From Candidatus Aldehydirespirator sp. (GTDB taxonomy: Bacteria; Actinomycetota; Acidimicrobiia; Acidimicrobiales; Aldehydirespiratoraceae): 64,000 nt of DNA. The DNA lies in the NCBI GenBank assembly GCA_965220345.1, contig OZ244822.1:1865245-1929244 (forward strand), in the 5' to 3' direction. The position numbers were made by a program, and so were the translations under genes. Under the pieces are notes generated by a model. The model was not told the DNA's origin, searched no databases, and saw nothing but the letters and a program-made list of their open reading frames with translations. Of this stretch, positions 10,981-21,423 are shown piece after piece; the first letter of the stretch is position 1, and each line of letters starts with the position of its first letter.

Positions 10981-13203
10981 ATGGCAGAGTCGGCGATACT
11001 GGAAGGTCTAAACCCTGCCCAGCACGAAGCGGTCACACATTCTGGCGGGCCGCTGCTGGTAGTAGCCGGGGCTGGGTCAGGCAAAACACGGGTGCTCACT
11101 CATCGCATCGCGCACCTGATCGACCACCACGGGCTGTCACCCTTCGAGATCTTGGCGATTACCTTCACCAACAAGGCCGCAAGCGAGATGCGCTATCGCG
11201 TCGCTGGTCTTGTTGGTTCCGTGGCTGAGAGCATGTGGGTGTCGACATTCCACGCCGCTTGTGTGCGTATCCTGCGTCGCGACGCGGCTCATATTGATTA
11301 TCCGAGCACTTTCACTATTTATGACCAGGGCGACGCAGTACGTCTCTGCGGCTATGTGCTGCGTGACCTGAACCTAGACCCCAAGAAGTTTCCGCCGCGT
11401 TCGGTTTATGCCGCCATTTCTGCTGCAAAGAACGACAACATCAGCGCCACCGACTATGCCGAAGCCGCAGGCAACATTTTTGAGCGGCGCATCGCTGACG
11501 TGTTCAGCCATTATCAGCGTCGTCTGGCCACGGCAGCGGCCATGGACTTTGATGACCTGCTGTTAAACACGGTCGAACTGTTCCGGCGATGCCCTGAGGT
11601 GCTGGAACGCTGGCGGCAGCGCTTCGCTCATGTGCTGGTGGACGAATACCAAGACACCAACCCAGTGCAGAACGATCTGGTGCTGCGTTTGGGTGCTGAG
11701 AGCCGTCAAGTCACCGTAGTGGGCGATGCCGATCAGTCGATCTACGCCTTTCGGGGTGCTGACATTCGTAACATCTTTGAGTTCGAACGGGTCTTTGACG
11801 ATGCTCGCATTGTGGTGCTTGAGCAGAACTATCGCAGCACCCAGAACATCCTTGACGCAGCCAATGCTGTGATCATCAACAATGCTGGCCGTAAGCCTAA
11901 GGATCTATGGACTGACCAGGGTTCGGGACCGGCGATCATCCGCTATCACGCTGACGATGAGACCGACGAGGCCAGATACGTGGCATCAGAGATTGTTCGC
12001 CGTTGCGAAGACGAGCAGATGAACTTGAGCGAAGTAGCCGTGTTTTATCGCACTAATGCTCAGTCCCGCGCTGTGGAAGAGCAGCTGAACGCAGCCGAAA
12101 TCCCATACCGGTTGGTTGGCGGCACTCGCTTCTATGACCGACGCGAGGTGCGTGATGCCATCGCTTATCTGAAGGCGGTGGTGAATCCAGGCGACGAAGT
12201 GAGCGTGAAACGAGCTTTGAGTGTGCCCAAGCGTGGTGTGGGTGCTACCTCGGTGTCGAAGCTTGATGCTTATGCAGCTTCGGCGGGTATCACTTTCTAT
12301 GAGGCTCTCAGCAGGTGCTCTGCTGCTGGCGTGTCGGGACGTTCGGCTGTCGGCATTTCACAATTCATAGCGTTGATCGACGATGTGGCTTCGTTGGGGG
12401 CTTCACCTGCCACGGTTCTGCAGGAACTGCTGGAACGTTGCGGGTATTTGGATGAGCTGCGTGCCGAGAAGACGGTTGAGGCCGATGGTCGGCTTGAGAA
12501 TCTGGCCGAACTGGTGGGCGCAGCCGGTGAGCATGACACAGTCGACAGTTTCTTGGAGACGGTGGCTTTAGTGGCCGACACCGATGATCTGGCCGATCCG
12601 CAAGCAGATGATTCGGCGGTGACATTGATGACGCTGCATTCTGCTAAGGGTCTTGAATACCCCGATGTCTATATGATCGGCATGGAGGACGGAGTGTTTC
12701 CCCACATTCGGGCGTTGGGTGAGCCGCATGAACTAGAAGAGGAACGTCGGCTCGCCTATGTGGGGATCACTCGGGCGATGCGTCAACTCACCTTAACCCA
12801 CGCTTGGAGTCGTCTGCTTTACGGCAGCCGGCAGTACAACCCTCCGAGCCGTTTCATCAATGAGATCCCCGACGAACTGATGCAGGCTGCCGACGGCACC
12901 CGCATGATGCGGCATCGTTACCGGCAGCACAGCGGTCATGAACGCAACCTTGACCGCCGGGCAGCTAAGCACGACGAGATCGTGGATCGGGCTCTGGATG
13001 CGGGCCAGCAGCCCTTGCCGAGCAGGTCGGGTGCCGAACTTTTGGGTTTGCGGGTGGGTGACGATGTGCGTCACGCCAAATGGGGTGAAGGAGTCATTAT
13101 TGATGTTAAGCCCACAGGCGATGACATTGAGGCAGCAGTGAGTTTCGCGAGTGTTGGCGAAAAGCAGCTGCTGTTGTCATGGGCACCTCTTGAAAAGATC
13201 TGA
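10981..13203 (+). CDS. pcrA: ATP-dependent DNA helicase PcrA/UvrD
   Basis: Walker A AGAGSGKT, VDEYQDTN and the other UvrD/Rep family motifs throughout. 740 aa. Confidence 0.9.
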   Translation: MAESAILEGLNPAQHEAVTHSGGPLLVVAGAGSGKTRVLTHRIAHLIDHHGLSPFEILAITFTNKAASEMRYRVAGLVGSVAESMWVSTFHAACVRILRRDAAHIDYPSTFTIYDQGDAVRLCGYVLRDLNLDPKKFPPRSVYAAISAAKNDNISATDYAEAAGNIFERRIADVFSHYQRRLATAAAMDFDDLLLNTVELFRRCPEVLERWRQRFAHVLVDEYQDTNPVQNDLVLRLGAESRQVTVVGDADQSIYAFRGADIRNIFEFERVFDDARIVVLEQNYRSTQNILDAANAVIINNAGRKPKDLWTDQGSGPAIIRYHADDETDEARYVASEIVRRCEDEQMNLSEVAVFYRTNAQSRAVEEQLNAAEIPYRLVGGTRFYDRREVRDAIAYLKAVVNPGDEVSVKRALSVPKRGVGATSVSKLDAYAASAGITFYEALSRCSAAGVSGRSAVGISQFIALIDDVASLGASPATVLQELLERCGYLDELRAEKTVEADGRLENLAELVGAAGEHDTVDSFLETVALVADTDDLADPQADDSAVTLMTLHSAKGLEYPDVYMIGMEDGVFPHIRALGEPHELEEERRLAYVGITRAMRQLTLTHAWSRLLYGSRQYNPPSRFINEIPDELMQAADGTRMMRHRYRQHSGHERNLDRRAAKHDEIVDRALDAGQQPLPSRSGAELLGLRVGDDVRHAKWGEGVIIDVKPTGDDIEAAVSFASVGEKQLLLSWAPLEKI

Positions 13204-13209
13204 CTGACA

Positions 13210-13277
13210 CTTGATTGGCGCTATTACTTGGTCGGCGCTAATACTTGATTGGGTCTATTACTTGATTGGGTCTAAAA
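13210..13277. repeat. 17-bp tandem repeat x4 downstream of pcrA
   Basis: cttgattggcgctatta / cttggtcggcgctaata / cttgattgggtctatta / cttgattgggtctaaaa. Confidence 0.85.
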
Positions 13278-13357
13278 CAGTCAGCTTCTCAAAAAGTTAG
13301 CTTCCAGTTCTGAGGTACCGAAGGTCTGGGAACCCAACTCGGGGCTGAGGCGTCTTT

Positions 13358-15535
13358 ATGGGCATGAACACCTACAGATCTAAAAATGACCACAGCGAAC
13401 ACGAATCCTGGGAATCCCGGATCGGTGAGGAGTTGCGTGCCTCAGTGTCCGCTCGAGCCGAAAGCTTCGGTGCAACCCCCCACAACTATCCGCTCAGCGA
13501 CGTAATGGAGCGTGTCCGGGTGAGAGCCCGTCGCCGCCAGGCACGTCGGGCCGGGGTGGCTGTGGCAGCTTGCGTGGCAACTATCGCCGCAGTAGTCGGC
13601 TACAGGATGCTTGACGACGAACCGAGCCGTGTGACGGTGGTCGCAGAGGCTGAGCAGGGTTTGAACCCTGCTGCTGCCCCGGCTGTTCCTGCTGCTCCTG
13701 CTGAGCCTGCTGCTGAGCCCGTCGATCCCGATGTCGCACCGGCTGCCGCCAATCCCGCCCCGGCTGATGCCCCTCCAGATGACATTTCGGCAATGCTGGC
13801 GGAGATCTCTTCGGGCCCGTCGCTCGACTGGTCTCCTGTTTCAACAGGTCTTTGGGATGTGGAGAAGGTGCAGAGCCTCGGCGATGGTCGGGTGCTGCTG
13901 CACGGCTCTGTCAATGTCGCTGAGCTTCCCCAAGTCGACACCCGGCCGGTGACGCTGGTCACCGCTGACGGTGAAACCTGGACCGAGGTGAGCTTTCCCC
14001 AGGAGGTGAGCCACGACCATGTGGCCGTGGACGGTGATCATTGGGTGGTCGCTGGCGTTGATATGAGCAGCGATTTCATGGCTGGGGAGTCCGGGGATCA
14101 AAGTCAAGTGGCGCATCGTGTGTTCATGTCGCGAGATGCTGGCACCACTTGGACCGAGATCAGCATTCAGGCAGCTGTTTCTGCTGAAACTTCACAGCCG
14201 GTGAAGCAGCGCAGCAGTATCGAACTGCTGATGGTGCGAGGCACCGACATCGTGATAGCAGTTGGCAGTGTCGAAGAGTTTGATGTGGTCAAACTGGCTG
14301 AAGAAAGCGGTGTCGTGCCCGAAGGCCGGACGGTGCTCGGATGGGCCTACTCTGGGCTTGATGATGACAACGAGTTGGCGCTGGTCTTGGATTCCGTTGC
14401 TGCTGACTCAGAGGTTGAATCATTCGAATCAGGAGCCACCACAGGCCCTGTTACAGACAATGATGTTACAGAAACTGATGTTACAGAAACTGATGTGACA
14501 GAAACTGATTCTGGGCTGTTCCCAGGTGCTTTGGAGGGCTTCCCTGTTAGTTTCTCAGAGCTAGGTTTGAGTCCCGAGCAGCGAGAGTCCTTGGTAGGAG
14601 GCCCAGATAATGTGACCCGCTTGCTTTACAGCGGTGGTGGCACCGCAGAAGTGACTCACACCGTTGAAGGAAGCGCGGTAGGCACCGCTACCGAGACAGG
14701 GTTTGCCGTTTATCTCACCAACAGCGAAGCGCAGGGTTCGGTGTTGATTTCATCTGATGGACGCAACTGGACCGAAACCCTTCAAGACACATGGTCTATC
14801 TACTCTGCCGGGTTTACTTCAGAAGCAGCCTGGATACCTATCGTCAATCCTGCAGGCACGACCCTGAATCGCACTGTCCATGGCCGCGAAACACAGACGG
14901 TAGCGACGCTTGACGGGGTGGTCATCGCCAGCCTTGATGTCGGTCCTGCTGGCTTGTTGGTTTCTGCTCTGCAAATTGATGGCAATGCCATGGAGTCTGT
15001 CAACGATCTCATCAATTCGGCAACCGCGACCGTCGTTAGAGATGGATACGAACTGCGCTACAACGATCCTCCTGGCGGCTTGACTCTCGTTGATCTGTCA
15101 ACAGGTGAAGAGGTAATCGTGAGCAGCTTCGATGAGTTGGCTTCTGGCAACATTGACGGGGTGCGTGAAAGCGCTGACGGTGGTCTCACTTTCGTAGACC
15201 CTGCGACAGGCGAAGACTTAGTGGCTTTCACCTCCGCTGACAGTGAAAGCATCCAGTCTCAGTTGACAGAAATCTTCAGCGAAGCCGCCGTTGCCGGTGA
15301 ACCTGAAGTTGAGGTTGAGGATTCTCCAGTTGTGATCGGCTGGTCGGCTGACGGCACCGACTGGGCCTGGCAAACCCAGCGAGACGCTTTCGGTGTTGGT
15401 GACGAAGACGCTTGGTCGCAGCTGGCGGTAGGTCAGGACTATGTGATCGCAGCGGTCCGGCAGCTGCCGAGCGTCGACTCCGAGAACAGCAGCATTGAAG
15501 GGCCGCGAGTTTTCGTGGCTCACACAGGTGGCTGA
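13358..15535 (+). CDS. membrane-anchored protein with P/A-rich linker and BNR/Asp-box-like repeats
   Basis: N-terminal cytoplasmic segment, TM helix (GVAVAACVATIAAVVGY) and PA-rich linker. Asp-box-like motifs are SRDAGTTWTE, SSDGRNWTE and SADGTDWAW. Also has an internal VTETD x3 repeat (about 14455-14510). Confidence 0.6.
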   Translation: MGMNTYRSKNDHSEHESWESRIGEELRASVSARAESFGATPHNYPLSDVMERVRVRARRRQARRAGVAVAACVATIAAVVGYRMLDDEPSRVTVVAEAEQGLNPAAAPAVPAAPAEPAAEPVDPDVAPAAANPAPADAPPDDISAMLAEISSGPSLDWSPVSTGLWDVEKVQSLGDGRVLLHGSVNVAELPQVDTRPVTLVTADGETWTEVSFPQEVSHDHVAVDGDHWVVAGVDMSSDFMAGESGDQSQVAHRVFMSRDAGTTWTEISIQAAVSAETSQPVKQRSSIELLMVRGTDIVIAVGSVEEFDVVKLAEESGVVPEGRTVLGWAYSGLDDDNELALVLDSVAADSEVESFESGATTGPVTDNDVTETDVTETDVTETDSGLFPGALEGFPVSFSELGLSPEQRESLVGGPDNVTRLLYSGGGTAEVTHTVEGSAVGTATETGFAVYLTNSEAQGSVLISSDGRNWTETLQDTWSIYSAGFTSEAAWIPIVNPAGTTLNRTVHGRETQTVATLDGVVIASLDVGPAGLLVSALQIDGNAMESVNDLINSATATVVRDGYELRYNDPPGGLTLVDLSTGEEVIVSSFDELASGNIDGVRESADGGLTFVDPATGEDLVAFTSADSESIQSQLTEIFSEAAVAGEPEVEVEDSPVVIGWSADGTDWAWQTQRDAFGVGDEDAWSQLAVGQDYVIAAVRQLPSVDSENSSIEGPRVFVAHTGG

Positions 15536-15832
15536 CACAGACTGAGCCGCCAGTGAGTGTCAATGAGCCGCCGCCGCTGGGTGTCGTCGGCTTGTTGCGG
15601 CGCTGACTTGTTGTGGCGCTGAGCAGAAGTTCTCCTCCCAGAAAACCCGGGCCCGAGGTTCACGCTAAGGGTTCGGGTTTCTCTGTTGTGCGGCCACAAG
15701 GCCTGGCCCTTACCTGGGTCTGGGTCTGAGTCTGAGCGTCGCCTGAGACTTACCAGAGTCTGAGTCTGAGCTTGACCTTTGTCCGCCTGGCTGCAGCGGC
15801 TAGCGCGGCCTGGGTTCAAACGCTGTTAGATG

Positions 15833-16813
15833 TTAGATGCGGCGGGTCTTGTGTAGATGGTGGCGGCCTTCGATCATGCGAACTGTGCCCGAGCGGCTGC
15901 GCATCACCAGCGACTGTGTATGACAGTAGCGAGAATCGAATTGCACTCCTTGCAGTAGGTCACCGTCGGTCACTCCCGTGGCAGCAAAAAAGCAGTTGTC
16001 GGTGTTGACAAGATCATCCTGGGTAAGCACACGCTCTAGGTCGTATCCCTTCTCGGTGAGCGCTTTGCGTTCGTGGTCGTTGCGAGGCCACAACCGGCCC
16101 TGCAATGCGCCACCCATGCATTTGATCGCGGCTGCGGTAATCACCCCTTCGGGGGTGCCGCCGATGCCGAACAGGATGTCGGCACCAGTGTTGGGCCATG
16201 CGGTGGATATAGCTCCGGCTACATCGCCGTCAGGAATGAGCCGGATCCGTGCTCCAGTCTCGCGGACTTCCGCTATGAGGTCTTCGTGACGATCACGATC
16301 AAGGATCACGACTGTGAGATCTCGAACCGTTTCGCCTTTGGCATCGGCAACCGCCTGAAGATTTTCTGTCGGCGATTTGGTTATGTCGATGTGGTTGGCG
16401 GCTTCGGGACCGGTGGCGATCTTTTCCATATAGACGCAAGGGCCGGGGCTGAACATCGCTCCCCGGTCGGCTACTGCGATCACCGACAGGGCGTTGCCCC
16501 TGCCCAGCGAAGTAAGGGTGGTGCCGTCGATGGGATCCACGGCCACATCGGTCAGCGGCGGGTGCCCGTTGCCCACCCGCTCACCGTTGAAGAGCATCGG
16601 TGCATCGTCTTTTTCGCCTTCGCCGATTATGACTGTGCCGTCCATGGAGATTTCGCTCAGCACAGTGCGCATGGCCTCCACGGCGGCTTCGTCGGCACCG
16701 TCCTTGTCGCCTCGACCCATCCAGCGGGAGGCTGCTATGGCAGCGCCCTCGGTGATGCGCACCATCTCGAGGGCGATATTGCGGTCGGGTTTGGGATGAG
16801 CCGTAGACACCAT
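15833..16813 (-). CDS. glpX: class II fructose-1,6-bisphosphatase GlpX
   Basis: N-terminus ...[31 protein letters not shown] and full-length GlpX-family similarity. Confidence 0.92.
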   Translation of the reverse strand: MVSTAHPKPDRNIALEMVRITEGAAIAASRWMGRGDKDGADEAAVEAMRTVLSEISMDGTVIIGEGEKDDAPMLFNGERVGNGHPPLTDVAVDPIDGTTLTSLGRGNALSVIAVADRGAMFSPGPCVYMEKIATGPEAANHIDITKSPTENLQAVADAKGETVRDLTVVILDRDRHEDLIAEVRETGARIRLIPDGDVAGAISTAWPNTGADILFGIGGTPEGVITAAAIKCMGGALQGRLWPRNDHERKALTEKGYDLERVLTQDDLVNTDNCFFAATGVTDGDLLQGVQFDSRYCHTQSLVMRSRSGTVRMIEGRHHLHKTRRI

Positions 16814-17363
16814 AAGCGCGAAGCTACCCCAAGCGCGACCAACGTCGGCACTTAGTGTTTGTTCTTAGTAGTGGCACTGAGAACATCTTAAGGATGGGCG
16901 GACTCCACCGGTGGTTGCGAATGATCGCCGCTGATGGCCGGTCACAACACAAGCAACCATCCAAATGAAAACCACCACCACCAGTTACACAAAAAATCTG
17001 ACAGTCCCTGGCACTAGGCGGAGGCGGATCTGTGCTGTCAGTTAGTAGTGCCAGCTAGTCCAGCTAGTGCTGCCAGTTAGTAGTGCTAGTTATTGTTGCC
17101 ATTGTGCGTGACGGCAAGCCTCACATCGCCCGTGGCATAGTCGACTGCGGGGACGTGACCATGTGGTTGCATTCGCCATACCTGACTCGGTGCAGGAGGT
17201 CTGTCGGCTGTTGACGTGCGACGGTTAAGGGGGTTAGGCAGTTCGGGGTGCTGCGATAGAGCGATAAACAGCGCAATCAGGCTGGCCTGAGAAATCACGC
17301 TTCTGGGTGTGCTGGTTTCTTCTGTCACGACGAGGCACGTCATAATGCGCTCTGGGTGGCAGA

Positions 17364-18824
17364 ATGGCAGCTATGGCGGCCGCGCTTCGTGACAGGTTTC
17401 GGCGTAGTGCCGCTGGTGCCAAGAGTGGCTCCGCTACCGATTCGGCTTCTGAGGAGGCTGATTCTCTGACCTCTGCTTCTCTGGCTGATGGTGCCGATCA
17501 AGACAGTGATGACGGTGATAACAGTGATGACGCGGCGGGGGAGTGGCTGGCCTATGAGCTGCATGAGTGGTCGCTTGAGAGCAGGGTGATGTTGGAGCAG
17601 TTGCTGGTGGTTGACAAGGTGGTGCATTCGTGGCAAGGCACCACGCTGATGGTCCACGAGTCGCTGGAGGCAGTAGTTGACAATCTCGTGGATGAGGTGC
17701 AAGAGACTGAGCAGTCCAAAGAGGCGGCCAATCAACCGATAGGCCCTGACGATGAGTTGACAGCCTTCGATCTGAGCGAGTGGCCCGATGAGTTGCGTTC
17801 GGAGTTGTCTGATCTTTTGGTGCAGTCCCGAGTGCCACACATCTTCGACATTAAAAGCGATACTGAGGCTGCTGATGGTAATCCTGAGCTGGCTGAAGAT
17901 CACATGGCTGATCTTGAAGATGCCAGAAGCACCGCTGCCGATGAGCTAGCCGAGCCAGCGCCAGATCTGGGTGGAGTTGACAAGCTTGAAGCCCCTGAAG
18001 CTGTTGTCGTCATTGAACCTGCTCTGGATGAGCTGGCCGTTGATCCTGTTGAACCTGCTCTAGATGAGTCAAGTTTTGACCCCGCCGAAGCTGTCGCAGT
18101 TGATCTCAGGGAAGTATCTGACGAGGCCGTCAAAGCTGATACTGGCGTGAGCGAGCACGAACCCGACGAGGATGGCCGCGACAACAACAACACCACCAAC
18201 AACTCTGCCGCCGCCGACACCAACGCTGCCACTATCTGTGATTTGTTGGTGCGTGAGTCAGACGAGGAGCGGGTCGAGTTGTTGATTGATGATTTGCTGG
18301 CGCGTGAAGAGGAAGCTCAGTTCGAGGAGCTTGACGGCCTAGAAGTTAACGATCTGTTGAGCACGCTTTTTGTGGCGTGTGACCGTCTGCGTCGTGAACC
18401 TGCTGATGTTGAGGGACTGCAGAGCGCACGAGTAGCTGCTCAGCGTATGGCAGGCGTGCGTACACCCTTTGGTTTTGCTGCGGGAAACTGGAAGAACCTA
18501 CGCAACTCGGTGGCCGAACTGCTTGTGTTGGTGGAGAGCGTTTCAGGCTTGTCGAATACAGCATCTCAGGAAGCTCCCGAAGAAGATGCAGAAGACACAG
18601 ATTCACAAACCAGCGACAGCGCCCAACACGAACCTGACACATCAAACCTTGAAGATGACATCAAAGCAAGCCTCGAAGATGACAGCACAGCAGGCTTCGA
18701 AGCAAGCCTTGAAGATCTAGCAGATTTAGATGACACAGCAGATGTAGAAGACTTCACATCAGACAGCGATGCCCTACGCGAGTCCGCAAAGCGCATGACC
18801 GAAACCCTAAGAACTCTGGTCTAA
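17364..18824 (+). CDS. highly acidic hypothetical protein (486 aa)
   Basis: Long ORF, D/E-rich throughout. Two copies of a [YF]-[ED]-L-x-E-W-x-x-E-x-R motif lie near the N-terminus. No family recognised. Confidence 0.5.
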   Translation: MAAMAAALRDRFRRSAAGAKSGSATDSASEEADSLTSASLADGADQDSDDGDNSDDAAGEWLAYELHEWSLESRVMLEQLLVVDKVVHSWQGTTLMVHESLEAVVDNLVDEVQETEQSKEAANQPIGPDDELTAFDLSEWPDELRSELSDLLVQSRVPHIFDIKSDTEAADGNPELAEDHMADLEDARSTAADELAEPAPDLGGVDKLEAPEAVVVIEPALDELAVDPVEPALDESSFDPAEAVAVDLREVSDEAVKADTGVSEHEPDEDGRDNNNTTNNSAAADTNAATICDLLVRESDEERVELLIDDLLAREEEAQFEELDGLEVNDLLSTLFVACDRLRREPADVEGLQSARVAAQRMAGVRTPFGFAAGNWKNLRNSVAELLVLVESVSGLSNTASQEAPEEDAEDTDSQTSDSAQHEPDTSNLEDDIKASLEDDSTAGFEASLEDLADLDDTADVEDFTSDSDALRESAKRMTETLRTLV

Positions 18825-18984
18825 CCGCCAAACCGCCCAACACATCTGTGTTGTGATTTGGTCACATTGTGAGTCGTGTGCATGGTCGTGTCGGCGTTGT
18901 CGTTGGACTGGCCGACAGGTCTGTTCCGTCGTGTTGCTCAGATCTTTCATGTCTCTTAGCTCTGTCGTGTTGTTGAGCCTGCGA

Positions 18985-19088
18985 TGTTGCTCGGTGATCG
19001 CTGTGGTCAGCCACACGTCGATAGGCGACCGGCTTAGAGCGGCCTGGGAACTGTCGTGTTGCTTGGTGATCGCTGCGGTCAGCCACAC
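18985..19088. repeat. 32-bp direct repeat pair (tgttgctYggtgatcgctgYggtcagccacac), period 72 bp
   Basis: Copies at 18985-19016 and 19057-19088 differ at 2 positions. Shorter ctgtcgtgttg motifs recur upstream. Confidence 0.85.
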
Positions 19089-19098
19089 CTAGTCACCG

Positions 19099-19187
19099 AG
19101 CGGCCTAGCCGTTGGCACCTGGATGCAAGCACCCCTACACGAAATCCAACTAGCCATCCCTAGAGTCATCAAGCGGCCTAGCCGTTG
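19099..19187. repeat. 16-bp direct repeat pair agcggcctagccgttg just 3' of the HNH gene
   Basis: Identical copies at 19099-19114 and 19172-19187. A related gagcggcctggg lies at about 19037. Confidence 0.8.
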
Positions 19188-19241
19188 AACTATCTAGGCC
19201 TTGGTGTGGTCTGTCCACCCGCTCCTAGCTCGGGGCAGTGT

Positions 19242-21140
19242 TCACCAGAGCATGGCTGTATCTGGGTCTCTGGCTAGTTTGCTCTTTTCTGTCCGACTGC
19301 CAGCCGGGTCTCTGGCTTGTGGGGCCGGTTTTCTGGCCTGTGGGCTCCTTTCTTTCTGGTTGCTTTTTGGGGCGCTGCTGGTTGGGTCTCTGCTTGTGAC
19401 CCCCGACTCTTGGTTTCGGGGTCTACTTACATTTTTGTCACGGCTTGGGTTGTTCTGGGTTCGTGATGGTGATCGCCCACGGCGGGCTGGCGGTTCTGGC
19501 TCATAGCGCTCAGGCTTGTGGTGCATATCTGCGTGGGCTGGCCCGTGTCGGGACTGGGTTTTTGGGTTGGTTGGCGGGTTCAGGGTGTGGTGGTTGCCAT
19601 CGTCGTGGGTTTGGATTTGCCAGTTGTTGTGGTGAATGTTGTGATGACAGTTCCAGCAGACCATGACCATGTTCTTGACGCTGGTAGCCCCACCCCGCGA
19701 ATACGGGATGATGTGGTGTGCTTGGCAGATGTTTGGTGGTGCCCCGCAGTGAAAACAGCCGCCGTAGATGGTGAGCAGTGTTTGCCATTGGGTTTCTGTG
19801 ACTGTTCGACGGGATCGACTGCGCCAGATCGCGTCACCGACACGGTCATATATCAAACCTGTCCAACGCGTGTTGCAGGACAGTTCCTCTAGCACTGCAT
19901 CAGGTAGCCGCGTGCCGTCTGAGAGTTCAGCAATCAACTCACCAGTCGCATCATCTACGTGAGCGACCAGCGTGATATCAGCGGTCCAAACCGCACCTTT
20001 TGTGCCTTTTGCGGCATCACCAGCACCGCTAACCTCGCTATTGTCAGCAGTATCAACAGCATCTACAGCACAAGCCTCACCACCATCAGCGGTGCTGGCA
20101 TCGTTGACGGTTTGAGGTGCTGTTGCTGAGAGGGCATCAACGCCATCTTCGCCATCGCCAGCACTCTCGTTACGGTTGTTGTTGGCTGTGGTGGTATTAG
20201 CGCTGATGTTCTGGTCGTTTCCGGCTCTGGCATCTTGGGTGTTGCTAGTTCTGTTGACGTGATCGGCTTGTCTGCTGGTGACGGTGTTCTCACCGCAGCC
20301 AGATACAGCATCCTGGTTGTTGCGGGTTTTGCTGGGGCTGGCGATGCCCTCATCGCTAACTCTGCGAGCAGAGCCAGCGTTTTGATTGTTTTGGTTTCTG
20401 CTGCTGGTTTCGCTGCCTGTGTTGGTGGCAGGATTGGTGGTGGCGTGTTCTAGAGCATCAGCCATGCATTGTGGGAACTCGCGGCGGCTGTCTTTGGGGA
20501 GTTTCTTGTCGTTAGTGAAGAGTTTGCCTGCGATGTGGCGTATTCGGTTGTTTATGCGGGTGCCGGTGATTTTGTCGAACTCGCCGTGCAATGCGATCAT
20601 GCCGTCGTCGGTGTCATAGAACTTCAAATACCGTTTGGCACGCTGTCGTGCATGTTCTGAAGCCCCGTTGTCGACTTGCTGGGCAGTAACCCAGCGTCGC
20701 GCGGCGGTACCGAATTGTTCAGGCCGCAAAGATGCTGCCTGCTTCAACAACTCAGCATCGCCCACTACAGCGTCGGCACTAGTTTTGGTGATCACGTCAG
20801 CCAACCGGCGAGCATTAGCCTGCGACACCTCTCCAACTTGCACAGCGTCTCGCAGCTTTGGGACTTTACGCAACATCTGAGCGGTTTTGACCTGGCTGTG
20901 GGCTTCGCTTTGTGTCAAACCAGCCGACACGGCTAGTACTTCAGCGCCACCGTCACCGTGGCGTTCTCGTGCTGCGATCAACTCAGCAGCAGCGGTCTGA
21001 AACGCTGCCCCGGCTGCCATCAACACTCGCGTCTGCTCCAACGCGGCACGCAACTCGGTAGTAGCAACACCACCGACACGCACCGCTTCGAGCATCCGCT
21101 TGACGGCGGTGACTGCTTGTTGAGCGTCTTCTAAGATCAT
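19242..21140 (-). CDS. DUF222-domain HNH endonuclease (REP13E12-like family)
   Basis: The N-terminal region (LTQSEAHSQVKTAQMLRKVPKLRDAVQVGEVS) is DUF222-like. The HNH motif is CFHCGAPPNICQAHHIIPYSRGGATSVKNMVMVCWNCHHNIHH. A long N/T/S-rich low-complexity insert sits in the middle, and a basic P/R/S-rich tail may be read-through. Confidence 0.85.
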   Translation of the reverse strand: MILEDAQQAVTAVKRMLEAVRVGGVATTELRAALEQTRVLMAAGAAFQTAAAELIAARERHGDGGAEVLAVSAGLTQSEAHSQVKTAQMLRKVPKLRDAVQVGEVSQANARRLADVITKTSADAVVGDAELLKQAASLRPEQFGTAARRWVTAQQVDNGASEHARQRAKRYLKFYDTDDGMIALHGEFDKITGTRINNRIRHIAGKLFTNDKKLPKDSRREFPQCMADALEHATTNPATNTGSETSSRNQNNQNAGSARRVSDEGIASPSKTRNNQDAVSGCGENTVTSRQADHVNRTSNTQDARAGNDQNISANTTTANNNRNESAGDGEDGVDALSATAPQTVNDASTADGGEACAVDAVDTADNSEVSGAGDAAKGTKGAVWTADITLVAHVDDATGELIAELSDGTRLPDAVLEELSCNTRWTGLIYDRVGDAIWRSRSRRTVTETQWQTLLTIYGGCFHCGAPPNICQAHHIIPYSRGGATSVKNMVMVCWNCHHNIHHNNWQIQTHDDGNHHTLNPPTNPKTQSRHGPAHADMHHKPERYEPEPPARRGRSPSRTQNNPSRDKNVSRPRNQESGVTSRDPTSSAPKSNQKERSPQARKPAPQARDPAGSRTEKSKLARDPDTAMLW

Positions 21141-21423
21141 GAACAGTAGTATAGACTATGGGTGTGACAAAGCACTCCTTTTCACACAAAAATGTTCTGC
21201 ATCACACCAAAACCTAGCCTACGGTCTGCTGGGAGGTTATCCGTGTGCTAGTGCATCATTTGCTGAAACAGCCCCCAAACGCGAAGAGCCAGGAATCTTC
21301 ATGCCTGTCCGAGTTTGACGAATAGGCACTTAGACTGCTAGACACTAGAATTTATTAGTAGGCACTTGGAAGGAGCACATCGTGAAAAATCAATTAGTGT
21401 CGTAAATCATATGCACCTGCATA

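Noticed and set aside
16860-17100. Possible small RNA or tRNA in the 550-nt glpX upstream region (local stems, cagttagtagtgc repeats).
   Set aside because: No cloverleaf or known RNA-family signature could be built by eye, only short imperfect stems. A cmscan is needed to say more.
17086-17343. 85-aa ORF on the minus strand in the glpX / acidic-protein intergenic region.
   Set aside because: It has no RBS and no motif, and it overlaps the start region of the 17364 gene. Possibly real, but unsupported.
19201-19506. 101-aa hydrophobic ORF on the + strand overlapping the 3' tail of the HNH gene.
   Set aside because: It is antisense to the HNH ORF tail, has no RBS, and its hydrophobicity follows from the complement of a P/R/S-rich frame. 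It cannot be distinguished from a shadow ORF.
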